Counted from the stretch's first letter, positions 1-9,612 are shown. The stretch is DNA of 64,000 nt from Phycisphaerae bacterium (GCA_028279405.1 JANQNU010000026.1:10985-74984), one strand, 5' to 3'. Numbers and translations are program-made. The notes: generated from the letters alone by a model not told the origin.

Positions 1-951
1 GCCCTGGATCTGTTCGAGCGTCTCGCTCAGGCGCGCGAGATCGGTCGGCGTCGGCGCCGCCATCGCGAGCTGAACATCGAGCTGATACAGCGCAACGAGC
101 CAATCGTCGGTCAAGAGAAACTGGAGCGCACTCACCGGATCCTCGATCTGGGCAAGCTGCGCCCGAACCCGCTGCGCCTCCTGCACGTTGCCCAGCAACA
201 GCCATTGGATCGCCGCCTGGTTCAATAGCCGCGCGTTGTTCGGCGGGAATTCGAGCACGGCTTTCAGATCGGCGCGGGCACCCTCGAGGTCACCTTTGAG
301 TCGCCGGTAGTTCGAACTGAACAGAAGCGCTTCGGTTACATCGGGATTCGTGGGATCGTCTAGTTTCGTAGCGGAGAATGCCTCCAGCGGGTCGGCTGCA
401 CTGAGCGTCTGCTCCAGCCGGGCCCGCAACAGCGCTTCGGCGGGCGTGGAGGGGTTATCGTCGAGCAATGCATCCGCGTCTGCGTTGCGACCCGTCGCGA
501 GAAACGCTCGGGCCAACCACAGGTCGGCCTGCTGCTGTCCGGCGATGTTGATCAACTCGGAGAAGTCGCGTGTCGCGTAATAGATCTGCAGCAGCGACTC
601 GACAACTTCAGGCGTTTGGGCGTATCGAAACGCCCGTCGATACGCGACCTTAGCGCCCTCGACGTTCGCCAGCATCTGCGGGCGTACATTCATATGTGCC
701 CGCGCATACTTCAGCAAGACGGGGACGTCGTCGCTGTTCTGCCCCAGATACCGTCGATACGAGCGCCAGGCTTGCTCCCATTCGCCGGCCGCGAACGCCG
801 ACTCGGCTTCTCGAAGCGCAACCTGCGCGGAGTGCTTTCGCTGCCAGTACCGGACGCCGACCGCTGCACCGGCGAGCAGCACGAGTCCGACAAGAGTGCC
901 GACCAGCAGTTTGTAGTTGATTTGACCAGGACGACTTCTGTTCGGTGTCAT
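1..951 (-). CDS. membrane-anchored TPR-like repeat protein; 3' end lies outside the window (absent from supplied ORF track)
   Basis: My own translation of the minus strand from the ATG at 951-949 is stop-free to position 1 (317 codons): MTPNRSRPGQINYKLLVGTLVGLVLLAGAAVGVRYWQRK... It has one N-terminal hydrophobic helix followed by helical repeat-like segments (GEWEQAWRSYRRYL, LLKYARAHM, NARLLNQAAIQWLLLGNVQEAQR). Third codon positions are G/C-rich. Confidence 0.6.
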   Translation of the reverse strand, partial: MTPNRSRPGQINYKLLVGTLVGLVLLAGAAVGVRYWQRKHSAQVALREAESAFAAGEWEQAWRSYRRYLGQNSDDVPVLLKYARAHMNVRPQMLANVEGAKVAYRRAFRYAQTPEVVESLLQIYYATRDFSELINIAGQQQADLWLARAFLATGRNADADALLDDNPSTPAEALLRARLEQTLSAADPLEAFSATKLDDPTNPDVTEALLFSSNYRRLKGDLEGARADLKAVLEFPPNNARLLNQAAIQWLLLGNVQEAQRVRAQLAQIEDPVSALQFLLTDDWLVALYQLDVQLAMAAPTPTDLARLSETLEQIQG

Positions 952-1058
952 AGGGCCTCAGAGTGAAGGTGGTTTTCGCGCCCGATCCCCCCATACTCTA
1001 CATTGGCCGATAAAGTCGTCAATTTTTCTTCGACATTCTTTGCCCAATCGGTTGAAAT

Positions 1059-1736
1059 ATGTCGAATCGCGCCCATCAATTGAACATGGAAACGAGCATG
1101 GAGCCCTATTCTTTGGACCCGTCGGGATCGCACCTCTTCGAACAGGCAGCGCATGGCGATCGCGAGTCGCTACGAGCCCTGCTTCAGCAGTTCGGCAGCC
1201 AGGTGTGGAGTCACATCCAGGGTCAGATCGGGAAGCCGTGGCAATCGCTGGTCGACGCGGACGACGTCATGCAGGTGACGTACATCGAGGCGTTCCTGCA
1301 CATCGATCGGATGACGGCCCGCGAGCCCGCCGGCTTCGTCGCGTGGCTCAAACGTATCGCCGAGAACAACTTGCGCGACGCGATCAAGGAGCTCGATCGC
1401 AAGAAGCGCCCGAGCCCGACGCGGCGGGTCCAGGCCCCGGCCGGCGAGGATTCCTACGTGGCACTGGTGGACATGCTCGGCGTCACATCCACGACCCCGA
1501 GCCGAGCGGCAGCAGGTCGCGAAGCCGGCGGCCTCGTCCGCAACATCCTCGACCGCCTGCCCGATGATTATCGGACAGTCATTCAGCTCTACGATCTGGA
1601 TTGTCACCCGATTCAGGAGGTTGCGGACCGGATGGAGCGGTCCCAGGGTGCGGTTCACATGCTGCGGGCGCGGGCCCACGACCGCATGAAGACGTTGTTG
1701 GGTGACGAATCCGATTTTTTCAGCGACGCTCCGTGA
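1059..1736 (+). CDS. ECF-type (sigma-70 family) RNA polymerase sigma factor
   Basis: 225-aa ORF. Region-2-like DDVMQVTYIEAFLHIDRM and region-4 HTH YRTVIQLYDLDCHPIQEVADRMERSQGAVHMLRARAHDRMK. Size is typical of ECF sigmas. An alternative ATG (METSM) lies at 1086. Confidence 0.85.
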   Translation: MSNRAHQLNMETSMEPYSLDPSGSHLFEQAAHGDRESLRALLQQFGSQVWSHIQGQIGKPWQSLVDADDVMQVTYIEAFLHIDRMTAREPAGFVAWLKRIAENNLRDAIKELDRKKRPSPTRRVQAPAGEDSYVALVDMLGVTSTTPSRAAAGREAGGLVRNILDRLPDDYRTVIQLYDLDCHPIQEVADRMERSQGAVHMLRARAHDRMKTLLGDESDFFSDAP

Positions 1737-1813
1737 AACCGACGACGGTTCTGTCGCCGACACGGGTGGCACTTCGCCTGAACGCCTGAACGTGGTTTCA
1801 TGAGGTCGCAGCA

Positions 1814-4800
1814 ATGGATATTCGCGAGCCGATACCGGCGAATCGGGACGCGCAGCGCGGCTTGATCGATGCCGCCATGCGGCAGGTCGAGGATGTAGGC
1901 TCTTCGATGCCCCCGTCGCTGGGCGCCGCGCCGTCGTACGAGCCGCGGATCCCGGGTTATCGTTTTCACGGGGAGAAGCATCGCGGCGGCCAGGGCGTGG
2001 TCTACCGCGCATTTCAGGAATCCACTCAGCGGACCGTCGCCATCAAGCTGCTCCGACGGGGCCCGCTCGCAACGGAACAGGACGTCATCCGTTTCGAGCG
2101 TGAGGTTCGTACACTCGCGCGCCTACAGCATCCGAACATCGTGGCGATCCACGATTCCGGTGCGATCGACGGCTGCTATTACTACGTCATGAACTATGTC
2201 GACGGCATGCCGCTCGACAAGTTCGTGAACGTGACGGCGCCGAATCCACGGGCGATTGCCCGATTGTTCGTCGAGATTTGCGACGCCGTCAACGCGGCCC
2301 ATCTGCATGGCGTGATCCATCGCGACCTGAAGCCGGGGAATATCCGCGTGGACCGGGATGGTCGGCCGCACGTGCTCGATTTTGGCCTTTCGAAGACGGC
2401 CGAAGAGGACGATGGCTCCTCTGCGATGACGCTGACGGGCGAGTTCGTCGGGTCGATTCCGTGGGCAGCTCCGGAGCAGGCGGCCGGTCGCATGGCGGAT
2501 ATCGATATTCGTACGGATGTCTACGCGCTGGGGGTGATGCTGTACCAGATGCTGGCGGGACAACTGCCGTACGGCCGCGAGCGCCTCAGCGGGCCGGCGC
2601 TGCTGGATGCGATACAGAACATGGACCCGCTGCCGCTACGGCCGCTACGACGGGATGTGGATCACGAACTCGATACCATCGTCCGGCATTGCCTGCAAAA
2701 AGACCCGACGCGGCGTTATCAGTCGGCGGGCGATCTGGGTCGTGATCTGCAACGGTACCTGGCCGGGGATGCGATCGCCGCGAAGCGAGACTCGGCCGCT
2801 TACCTGCTGCGTAAACAGATACGCCGACATTGGATGCTGGCCACGGTCGCGGGTGGAATCGGGCTATTGGTGACGGTCGGCTTCTTTGTTTCGCTTGCAT
2901 TCTGGCGACTCGCGGAACGCGAGACGGCGCGTGCCGAATCCGAGGCGACCAAGGCGATGGGGTACCTGGCCGATGCACAGGATGAGGCGGCCCGCGCGTT
3001 GTCCTTTTCGCAACAGGCGCAGGATCAGGCGACCCGCGCCGCTACTGAAGCGGCCAAGGCACGCGCCGTGAACGAGATGCTGAGGGACATGCTGACGTCG
3101 GTCAATCCGGATGAGGGGAACGGACGTGACGCCCGGGTCGTCGACCTGCTCGACCCGACGGCCGCCCGGCTCGACGAGGGCAACCTCGCGGACCGACCGG
3201 AAGTCGAAGCGGCAGTGCGCTGGGCGATCGGCGGCGCATACGCATCGTTGGGGCTCTATCCGGAAGCGGAGCAGCAGTTCGGGGCGTCGCTGGACCGGCT
3301 GAAAGGGATCGATGAACCGAACCCGACCGACTTGTTGCAAGCGTACAAAGAGTATGGTCGCATCTTGCGTGAGAATTTGAAGGTGGATGAGGCCGAGGCG
3401 GTCTTCCGCGAAGGGCTCGCGTTGTGCGACGAAGAAGCGGCCAATGTGACCTGCCTGCAACTGCGGCTGGGCATCGCCAACTGCTTCAAGGGCCGCGGCG
3501 ACTATGCGGAGTCCGAACGCCTCTACCGCGAAGCAATCCCGCCGCTGGAGGCGGTGCTGGGCCGTTCGCACGCGGACGTGGCCACCGAACTCACCAACCT
3601 TGCTCAGGTACTGCGTGAACTCGGCAAGACGGATGAAGCGGAGCGGCTGTTGCGCGAAGCGGTCGACATCTACCAATCGACCAAAGGCCCCGGCCACACG
3701 CATACGGCTTCGACGATCGCCAATCTGAGCGCATTGCTTCTCTCGCTCGGTCGATTCGAGGAAGCCGAGTCGCTTGCGTTGGACTCGATCGCGACACTGC
3801 GTGAGAAGCATGGAGACCGACATCCGCGGCTGGCGACCGCCCTGGCGAGTCTGGGCAGCCTCTACGTCCGTGAGGGAAAGCTGGCGGAGGGTGAGCAGGC
3901 GCTTCGCGAGGCGTTGAAAATACGTGTGGAGCTTTTCGGCGAGGGGGATGCGCGTGTCGCCGAAGGATATAACAATCTTGCCGTACTGCTCTATCAGCTC
4001 GGTCGTTTCGCGGAAGCGGAGGAGCACATGGAGAAGTGCGTCGAGGCGATGCGACGGGTCCACGGCGATCGACACCCGCGCGTGGCCCATACACTCGCCA
4101 ACCTCGGCACCATTCGACTGTACCGCGGAAACCGCACCGCCGGTCGCGCGGCCCTCGAGGAAGCCGCTGACATTCAGAAGGAACTGCTCGGTGCAGCGCA
4201 TCCCGACCGCATATCGACGTTGCGCAACATTTCGATGTCGCATCGACTCGATGGCGAGTTGGAGACCGCGGAGCAGGTGTTGCGCGAAATCCTCTCGCTT
4301 CAACGCGGAGATCCGGACACGGCTGGAGACGAGCTTGCACTGACGCTCGATAATCTCGGTGGCGTGTTGCAGGATGCCAAGCGCTATGAGGAGGCCGAGG
4401 CGCTGCTGACCGAGGCCCTCGAGACGCGTAAGCGCGTATTCGGACCGGTACATGCTTCGGTTGCGCTCAGTCTGAACAACGTCGCGACCATCAAGCGCCT
4501 TCGGAACGAATTCGCCGCGGCCGAAGAGTACTCGCGGATGGCCACGGAAATGGCCACGCAAGCGCTACCCACCGGGCACTGGCAGCCGGAACAGTTTCGG
4601 GCGAACTGGGGGCTGACGCTGATCCTGATCGATCGCTTCGAGGACGGTGAGCAGCAGTTGTTACAAGCCTATGAGGCGATCGCGAAGACCCGCGGCGCGG
4701 ATGACCAACATTCCAAGCGAATCGCCGGGCAATTGGCCCAGGCCTACCGTCGCATCAAGGACACCGATGCCGCGCAGCACTGGTCGGCACTTGCCGGGGA

Positions 4801-4843
4801 GACGACATCGTCGACACCTGCGCCCGCGGGTAACCAAGAGTAG
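1814..4843 (+). CDS. Ser/Thr protein kinase with one TM helix and a long C-terminal TPR array
   Basis: 1009-aa ORF. Hanks kinase motifs GGQGVVYRA, VAIKLL, HRDLKPGNI, DFGLS, SIPWAAPE. TM helix WMLATVAGGIGLLVTVGFFVSLAFW. Many TPR-like units follow, e.g. LTNLAQVLRELGKTDEAERLLREAV. Confidence 0.9.
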   Translation: MDIREPIPANRDAQRGLIDAAMRQVEDVGSSMPPSLGAAPSYEPRIPGYRFHGEKHRGGQGVVYRAFQESTQRTVAIKLLRRGPLATEQDVIRFEREVRTLARLQHPNIVAIHDSGAIDGCYYYVMNYVDGMPLDKFVNVTAPNPRAIARLFVEICDAVNAAHLHGVIHRDLKPGNIRVDRDGRPHVLDFGLSKTAEEDDGSSAMTLTGEFVGSIPWAAPEQAAGRMADIDIRTDVYALGVMLYQMLAGQLPYGRERLSGPALLDAIQNMDPLPLRPLRRDVDHELDTIVRHCLQKDPTRRYQSAGDLGRDLQRYLAGDAIAAKRDSAAYLLRKQIRRHWMLATVAGGIGLLVTVGFFVSLAFWRLAERETARAESEATKAMGYLADAQDEAARALSFSQQAQDQATRAATEAAKARAVNEMLRDMLTSVNPDEGNGRDARVVDLLDPTAARLDEGNLADRPEVEAAVRWAIGGAYASLGLYPEAEQQFGASLDRLKGIDEPNPTDLLQAYKEYGRILRENLKVDEAEAVFREGLALCDEEAANVTCLQLRLGIANCFKGRGDYAESERLYREAIPPLEAVLGRSHADVATELTNLAQVLRELGKTDEAERLLREAVDIYQSTKGPGHTHTASTIANLSALLLSLGRFEEAESLALDSIATLREKHGDRHPRLATALASLGSLYVREGKLAEGEQALREALKIRVELFGEGDARVAEGYNNLAVLLYQLGRFAEAEEHMEKCVEAMRRVHGDRHPRVAHTLANLGTIRLYRGNRTAGRAALEEAADIQKELLGAAHPDRISTLRNISMSHRLDGELETAEQVLREILSLQRGDPDTAGDELALTLDNLGGVLQDAKRYEEAEALLTEALETRKRVFGPVHASVALSLNNVATIKRLRNEFAAAEEYSRMATEMATQALPTGHWQPEQFRANWGLTLILIDRFEDGEQQLLQAYEAIAKTRGADDQHSKRIAGQLAQAYRRIKDTDAAQHWSALAGETTSSTPAPAGNQE

Positions 4844-4869
4844 CGCACCTCCGCCTCGCCTATTGCGTC

Positions 4870-4891
4870 CGGCAAGAGGCCCCCTTTGCCG
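4870..4891 (+). terminator. weak stem-loop downstream of the kinase gene
   Basis: CGGCAA-gaggccccct-TTGCCG, a 6-bp stem 27 nt after the stop codon. Only two T residues follow, so it is not a canonical intrinsic terminator. Confidence 0.25.
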
Positions 4892-5187
4892 TTAGATCGC
4901 ACGGTCGCCGTGAATCTTCGTCGACAATTGACTCACCGACGTACATGCCCCCCATCTGAGTTTGCAGCAAGCTGTTCTCATGCCGCTTGGTAGCCGTTCG
5001 AGAGAGATCTCGATGATCGGGACAGCGTACAACTGGAAGACTACGGACATCTGGTGTACTACGGGCAGGTGCTCTCTCGGAGGACTCCACAACGAAACGG
5101 CCGGAAGAATGGCGGAGAACAACAGCACCCTAGCCGAATCGACCTTGACTTGCGAAGCGCGGTGTGCGTCAGAAGGACTTAGTCGGA

Positions 5188-5865
5188 ATGAGTCGTTCCA
5201 CTGCTGAAGTCGTTGCGGAAGTCATTCGCAACCGCAAGACAAAGAAAGTACTTTGCAAGATTGACGACATGGCGGCACGGCTGTCGCTTGCCGAAGAGAC
5301 AATTGCCAGGCATCGCGCAGCTGTCGTGACGTCAATAAAGGCGGCCGGTGGGGCACCGTTTCATTACAGAAGAGACGAGGATGAGATCGCTGAGCCATGG
5401 CGTGCGTACATCTTGTGGGATGACGCGACAGACAAAGTGGCTAAGTACCTATACGAAGACCAGGGAGTCACTACGAAAGAACCGATGTTGTTGGCAGGTT
5501 GCAATGCTTTGGTACTGATTACGTGGCTACCGCAGTTTTATGACCCGGCTGCCCGCCAAAGCTCGAGTATCGACCCTGAAGAACAGTGTATCCGTGATGA
5601 AGAGCATCTGGCTGCCACGGCGGCAATGGTGCAGACGCTGTTGCTCATGCTGACTAGCTACAACATGGGGACGTACTGGTCGTCGGGCGGTCGCCTACGC
5701 AAGCCGGAGATGTTCGAGTATCTGGGAATTCCAACGAATCAACGCTTGCTGGCTGCTGTGTTCGTTGAGTATCCCGAGATGATGCAAGACGACTCGAAGC
5801 AACGCAAGCCTGGCAGTCACCGAGACAGCCGCAGTAACAAGTGGATCTCGGAGATTTCAATCTGA
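5188..5865 (+). CDS. nitroreductase-family (FMN-dependent fold) protein on a low-GC island
   Basis: The N-terminal IRNRKTKKVL, then GGAPFHY and EPWRAYIL, resemble the nitroreductase-fold R-x-S/T-x-R/K, AP-x-H and PW-R-F motifs. I chose the ATG at 5188 over the track's GTG at 5164. Local G+C is about 47-52% on sampled lines. Confidence 0.7.
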   Translation: MSRSTAEVVAEVIRNRKTKKVLCKIDDMAARLSLAEETIARHRAAVVTSIKAAGGAPFHYRRDEDEIAEPWRAYILWDDATDKVAKYLYEDQGVTTKEPMLLAGCNALVLITWLPQFYDPAARQSSSIDPEEQCIRDEEHLAATAAMVQTLLLMLTSYNMGTYWSSGGRLRKPEMFEYLGIPTNQRLLAAVFVEYPEMMQDDSKQRKPGSHRDSRSNKWISEISI

Positions 5866-5899
5866 CTCCAACTAACTCCAATGGCTAGCGACGCAGTGA

Positions 5900-7840
5900 T
5901 CAGCGCAGCATTAGTGCCTTCAATTGTTCTCGATTCGTGATTGGGTACAGGCGCGCGGACGCGGGCAACGTCGCTCGTCGCGAGAGCCAGGCCGGAATAT
6001 CGCGGCCGAGCAGTAGCATCTGGCGTTGCTCGTCGGCGAGCAGATAGGCTTCCCACCGTTCGGATCGTCGCAGGCGCAAGGCGGCGCCGACAAAGCCGGC
6101 AGCGGGCAGGTCGATCACGAGTCGTCCGCCGGGCTTGAGTGCCGTGGTACAGCGTTTTACAAACCGCTCGGCTGCCCGATATGGCGTCGACGGCCCGTGC
6201 GACGACCGTATGAGGATGCCGTCGTAGCGATTCGCCGGAAAGTCGACCGACCAATCCGCAGGTTGATCCGGTACGACGGGAACCCAGCGCTCGACGCCGC
6301 CGACCTCGTGATCGAACCATGTGTCAGACCTTTCGACTGCGAGTCGCTGTGTCGCGGGCGGAAGTGTGCGCCGCTGCGGAACGGTGAGCAGCAAAGCGAC
6401 GATCGCCGTAGCGACGATTGCTGTTTTTGGCGACGGTCGAATGCTGGCGGTTGCGGGCGTCCAGAGCAGTACCATCGCGCCGATGCCGACCGAGCGCGCA
6501 AACCAGCCGGGATCCAGCCAGGGCCAGGCAACGAGCAACAGCAAGGCACTGCCCGCGCCGATATAGGCGACTGTCGCGGCCGCCGCCTGCACGCTGCCGA
6601 ATCGCCGCGCGAGCAGGCGCGCTTCGCTCACGAGGATGGAAGCCAGGAGCGTGCTCGCCGCCAGGACGACTGTATGCCGCAGCGTGGGCAGCACTGGGAA
6701 GAGCAACATCAGCGCAACCCCGGCAACAACCAACAGGCCCACTCTTGGTCGGCGCTCGGAGGCGGTGTCTGTCCGCCGGCCGACAGCGAGGCCGACCGCG
6801 GCACCAATGACGACCAGTAGCACGCCGCGGACGGGATCTTCCGCGTGGGCCAGTTGCTCCAGCACGACCAACGCGGTTGCGAGCCCGGCCACCACCAGCA
6901 CGGCCAGCGACGAAAGCCCGGGCATCGACGAGGATGATGCCAGCGTCGCGGCCGGCGATCGACGTGGCTCCGTTCGGCCGGCGTTCCGAGGCGCAACGAT
7001 TGGCGTCGCGGTTGCCCCGAGCAAGGCGAGCAAGCCGACCACCATTAGTGGTGCGGGTCGTGCGACGAGTGCGGCGATGGCACTGGACAACCCGAGCCCG
7101 AGCAAGACGGTGATCCAGAACGACGCGAACCGACCGCCCCGGTCGGCGGAACCCCGGTACCAGCCGTGGAGTGCGCCGAGCGTCGCTGTCGCAACGCCGG
7201 TGAGGAGCATGACACCAATCCAGGGCGGGGCTCGGAACAACGCGGCCGACCAGGCAGGGTCGAGCATACTGTGTGACGCGACGAAACGGCGCCAGGCTTC
7301 CATGTTCAACAGCGCCGCGCACGCTACTGCGGAAACCGCAGTGAATCCGAGCATGAGCACGCTGGTCACCATGCCGGCGAACTCATGGTCGTCGGGAGTA
7401 CGTCGCGCTCGATGATTGCCGAACTGTCGCAGGAGCAAGCTGCGCAGTCCCCAGAGTGCGAGGATCACGCCGGCGGCTGCCGCCGACCCGCTGAATCGAA
7501 GCAAGCCGACCGAACTCAGGTGGAACGCGGACTCGCGCAGGATCAGGTGCAGTTCGAGCCCGGCGCCGGTCGCATACAGAAACGTGCACGCGTGAACGAA
7601 GCCGATCCGCTGCGCACTGGTGCTCGGGTCGGCCAGTCGCTGCGGGACTGGCTGTGTTGTGAGAGTCAGCCGTCTCGACGGGGGTTCGGGCAGGGTGGTG
7701 GTCGCAGTCGGGCGCGGCCGCTGGTTGCCGACGGTTGGTGCCGACACGCTCGGACGGCTACTCCGTCGGCGTCGGCGCTTAGCGGATTCTTGTGGTCTTC
7801 GCCGCCTCAAAGCGCATCCTGCTCCCGTCGTCCTGCGCAA
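5900..7840 (-). CDS. polytopic membrane protein with a spermidine-synthase/methyltransferase-like C-terminal domain
   Basis: 646-aa ORF with roughly 10 or more hydrophobic helices. The C-terminal YDGILIRSS...LKPGGRLVIDLP resembles post-motif-I elements of class I methyltransferases and spermidine synthases, but I could not see a GxGxG motif I. The start is uncertain because the ORF overlaps the birA 3' end by 62 nt. Confidence 0.55.
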   Translation of the reverse strand: MRRTTGAGCALRRRRPQESAKRRRRRSSRPSVSAPTVGNQRPRPTATTTLPEPPSRRLTLTTQPVPQRLADPSTSAQRIGFVHACTFLYATGAGLELHLILRESAFHLSSVGLLRFSGSAAAAGVILALWGLRSLLLRQFGNHRARRTPDDHEFAGMVTSVLMLGFTAVSAVACAALLNMEAWRRFVASHSMLDPAWSAALFRAPPWIGVMLLTGVATATLGALHGWYRGSADRGGRFASFWITVLLGLGLSSAIAALVARPAPLMVVGLLALLGATATPIVAPRNAGRTEPRRSPAATLASSSSMPGLSSLAVLVVAGLATALVVLEQLAHAEDPVRGVLLVVIGAAVGLAVGRRTDTASERRPRVGLLVVAGVALMLLFPVLPTLRHTVVLAASTLLASILVSEARLLARRFGSVQAAAATVAYIGAGSALLLLVAWPWLDPGWFARSVGIGAMVLLWTPATASIRPSPKTAIVATAIVALLLTVPQRRTLPPATQRLAVERSDTWFDHEVGGVERWVPVVPDQPADWSVDFPANRYDGILIRSSHGPSTPYRAAERFVKRCTTALKPGGRLVIDLPAAGFVGAALRLRRSERWEAYLLADEQRQMLLLGRDIPAWLSRRATLPASARLYPITNREQLKALMLR

Positions 7841-8609
7841 CGACCAGATCGCCGATCGCGGTCACCTCCGTGATGGTGCCAGCGTACGTTCGGCCGTCCG
7901 CTTGCAGTGTAACGCTACGTCCGACGTCGTCACACGCATCGCGCCAGGCCGCTTGAATCCGGTCATGATCGCTCCTGGTCGTGCCGGACAGCAGGTCGTC
8001 CAGCCGCTCGAGCAAGGCGGAAGCGACCGCAGAACGGTCTACTGCCACCGCGGACTCGATCTCGAGCGAAGTGGCGTGCGCGCGCATTGCGGGAGGAAAA
8101 TGGCCCGGCTGCTGCCAGCAATTCAGCCCGATCCCGATCACGTAGGCCCGGTGCGCCGCCGGGTGGGGGATCGGGCATGACTCGACCAGCACGCCCGCCA
8201 ACTTCCGGCCCCGCACCTCAAGATCGTTGGGCCAGCGAATCCGCGCGTCGACGCCCGTTGTCTGCAAGACCGCGGCGCGGGTCGCTACGACCGCTGCCAT
8301 GGATAGCAACCCGGACAACTCCGACGTCGGGGTCGCTCTCAACAGCACGCTCATCAGCACCGATGCGCGACGCGGCGCCTGCCATTCACGCTGAAAACGT
8401 CCGCGGCCACGGGTCTGATACTCCGCAAAGACGGCTGTTCCGTCGGGCCAGTCCGCGGCCCGCTGTAAAAGGTAGGTGTTGGTGGAATCAACCTCTTCCA
8501 GACAGCGGACGTCGCGGCCAATTCGCTTCGCCGTCGGCCGCGTCAGCGCCGCTGCGCCCAATTGATCCTGTCGCATCGGTTCGTTGGTCGTCGGCATCGG
8601 CAGCGTCAA
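7779..8609 (-). CDS. birA: biotin--[acetyl-CoA-carboxylase] ligase
   Basis: LEEVDSTNTYLL, and the biotin-binding loop QTRGRGRFQREWQAP (GRGRxxRxW). The gene starts immediately after the panB stop. Confidence 0.85.
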   Translation of the reverse strand: MTLPMPTTNEPMRQDQLGAAALTRPTAKRIGRDVRCLEEVDSTNTYLLQRAADWPDGTAVFAEYQTRGRGRFQREWQAPRRASVLMSVLLRATPTSELSGLLSMAAVVATRAAVLQTTGVDARIRWPNDLEVRGRKLAGVLVESCPIPHPAAHRAYVIGIGLNCWQQPGHFPPAMRAHATSLEIESAVAVDRSAVASALLERLDDLLSGTTRSDHDRIQAAWRDACDDVGRSVTLQADGRTYAGTITEVTAIGDLVVAQDDGSRMRFEAAKTTRIR

Positions 8610-9443
8610 CTACGAGTTGCACGTCGAGCGGGGTCGCTTCATCGGGTACACGTGCTCCGGCGCCGGATACTGTCGCGACACGATGTCCTCGACGTAGCGT
8701 CGCATGGCATCATCCGTGCGCTCTCCAAGGTCTCCAAGCACCGGCACGAAGCGCGGCGTGGACCCGAAGCTGCACCCGAGCATGTCCTGGGTAACCACGA
8801 CATGGCCATCGCAAGCGGGTCCGGCACCACAGCCGATGACCGGGACCGAGACCGCTTCCATGACGGCCGCGGTAGCCTCGTTCGGAACCGCTTCCAGCAG
8901 AATCATCGCGCACTCGGCGTCCTGCATCCGCTGAGCCTGTGCGACCAGCGCCGTGATCTCGGCGGATTCGCGCGCCTGTGCCCGATAGCCGGCTGGATCG
9001 GTGACCTGCTGTGGCCGCAGGCCGAGGTGGGCAATCACATCGATTCCGTCGCGCGCGATTTTCCGGACCCAGCCCGCGTGTTCGGCGTCCACTTCGAGCT
9101 TGACCATGTCACAGTCCGCTTCGTCGCGAAAACGGCGCGCCGCCGCCTGCGCAGCATAATCGGACGTCATCGCTTCGAACGGAATGTCGCCGACAAGACA
9201 AACGCCTGGAGCGCCGCGCCGCACCGCCTCCGCCAGGACGATCATGAGTTCGAGTGGGGCCGGGCGGGTGGAATCGTGCCCCAGCACGACGCTGGCGCAG
9301 GAGTCGCCGACCAGCAGCATATGAACCCCAGCCTCCGCCGCCCGGCGGGCAGTTGGGTAGTCGTAGGCGGTCAACATCGCGATCGGTTCGCGATTGGCCT
9401 TCCGGTCGAGGAGGTCGGCGCGTGTGATGCGTTGGGTCGTCAT
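8610..9443 (-). CDS. panB: 3-methyl-2-oxobutanoate hydroxymethyltransferase
   Basis: IAMLTAYDYPTARRAAEAGVHMLLVGDS, DMVKLE, IAHLGLRPQ. I trimmed the start to the ATG at 9443 (MTTQRIT), which has GGGAG 6-10 nt upstream. The track ORF extends to 9494. Confidence 0.9.
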   Translation of the reverse strand: MTTQRITRADLLDRKANREPIAMLTAYDYPTARRAAEAGVHMLLVGDSCASVVLGHDSTRPAPLELMIVLAEAVRRGAPGVCLVGDIPFEAMTSDYAAQAAARRFRDEADCDMVKLEVDAEHAGWVRKIARDGIDVIAHLGLRPQQVTDPAGYRAQARESAEITALVAQAQRMQDAECAMILLEAVPNEATAAVMEAVSVPVIGCGAGPACDGHVVVTQDMLGCSFGSTPRFVPVLGDLGERTDDAMRRYVEDIVSRQYPAPEHVYPMKRPRSTCNS

Positions 9444-9612
9444 GCGGGCTCCCGAGCGTATTCGGACTCGCTCGGAGTATACCGCTTCCCGCACCTGTCG
9501 GGGTCTATTTTCAGCCCGGGGCGAGTTGACCGATTAAGAGGGTAAGGCTTATCGCGCCGACGTTACCGGTGGCGTTGCTATCGGACACTGCGCTCCTGAC
9601 GAAGGTTCGTGA

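Noticed and set aside
2864-4561. 565-aa ORF on the minus strand, antisense to the Ser/Thr kinase gene. Similar long antisense ORFs occur at 8562-9545, 28024-29238, 32625-33866, 42410-43822, 52607-53197 and 63159-63890.
   Set aside because: The products are Arg/Leu/Gly/Ala/His-rich with no recognisable motifs. In each case the opposite strand encodes a protein with clear family signatures and G/C-rich third positions. Long stop-free antisense frames are expected in high-GC DNA.
4962-5207. 81-aa Cys/Thr/Ser-containing ORF directly upstream of the nitroreductase-family gene, considered as a RiPP precursor with a SagB-like dehydrogenase
   Set aside because: No YcaO/cyclodehydratase or other maturase is nearby. 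There is no ribosome-binding site. It overlaps the downstream start in another frame. Third-position bias is unremarkable. This is speculative only.
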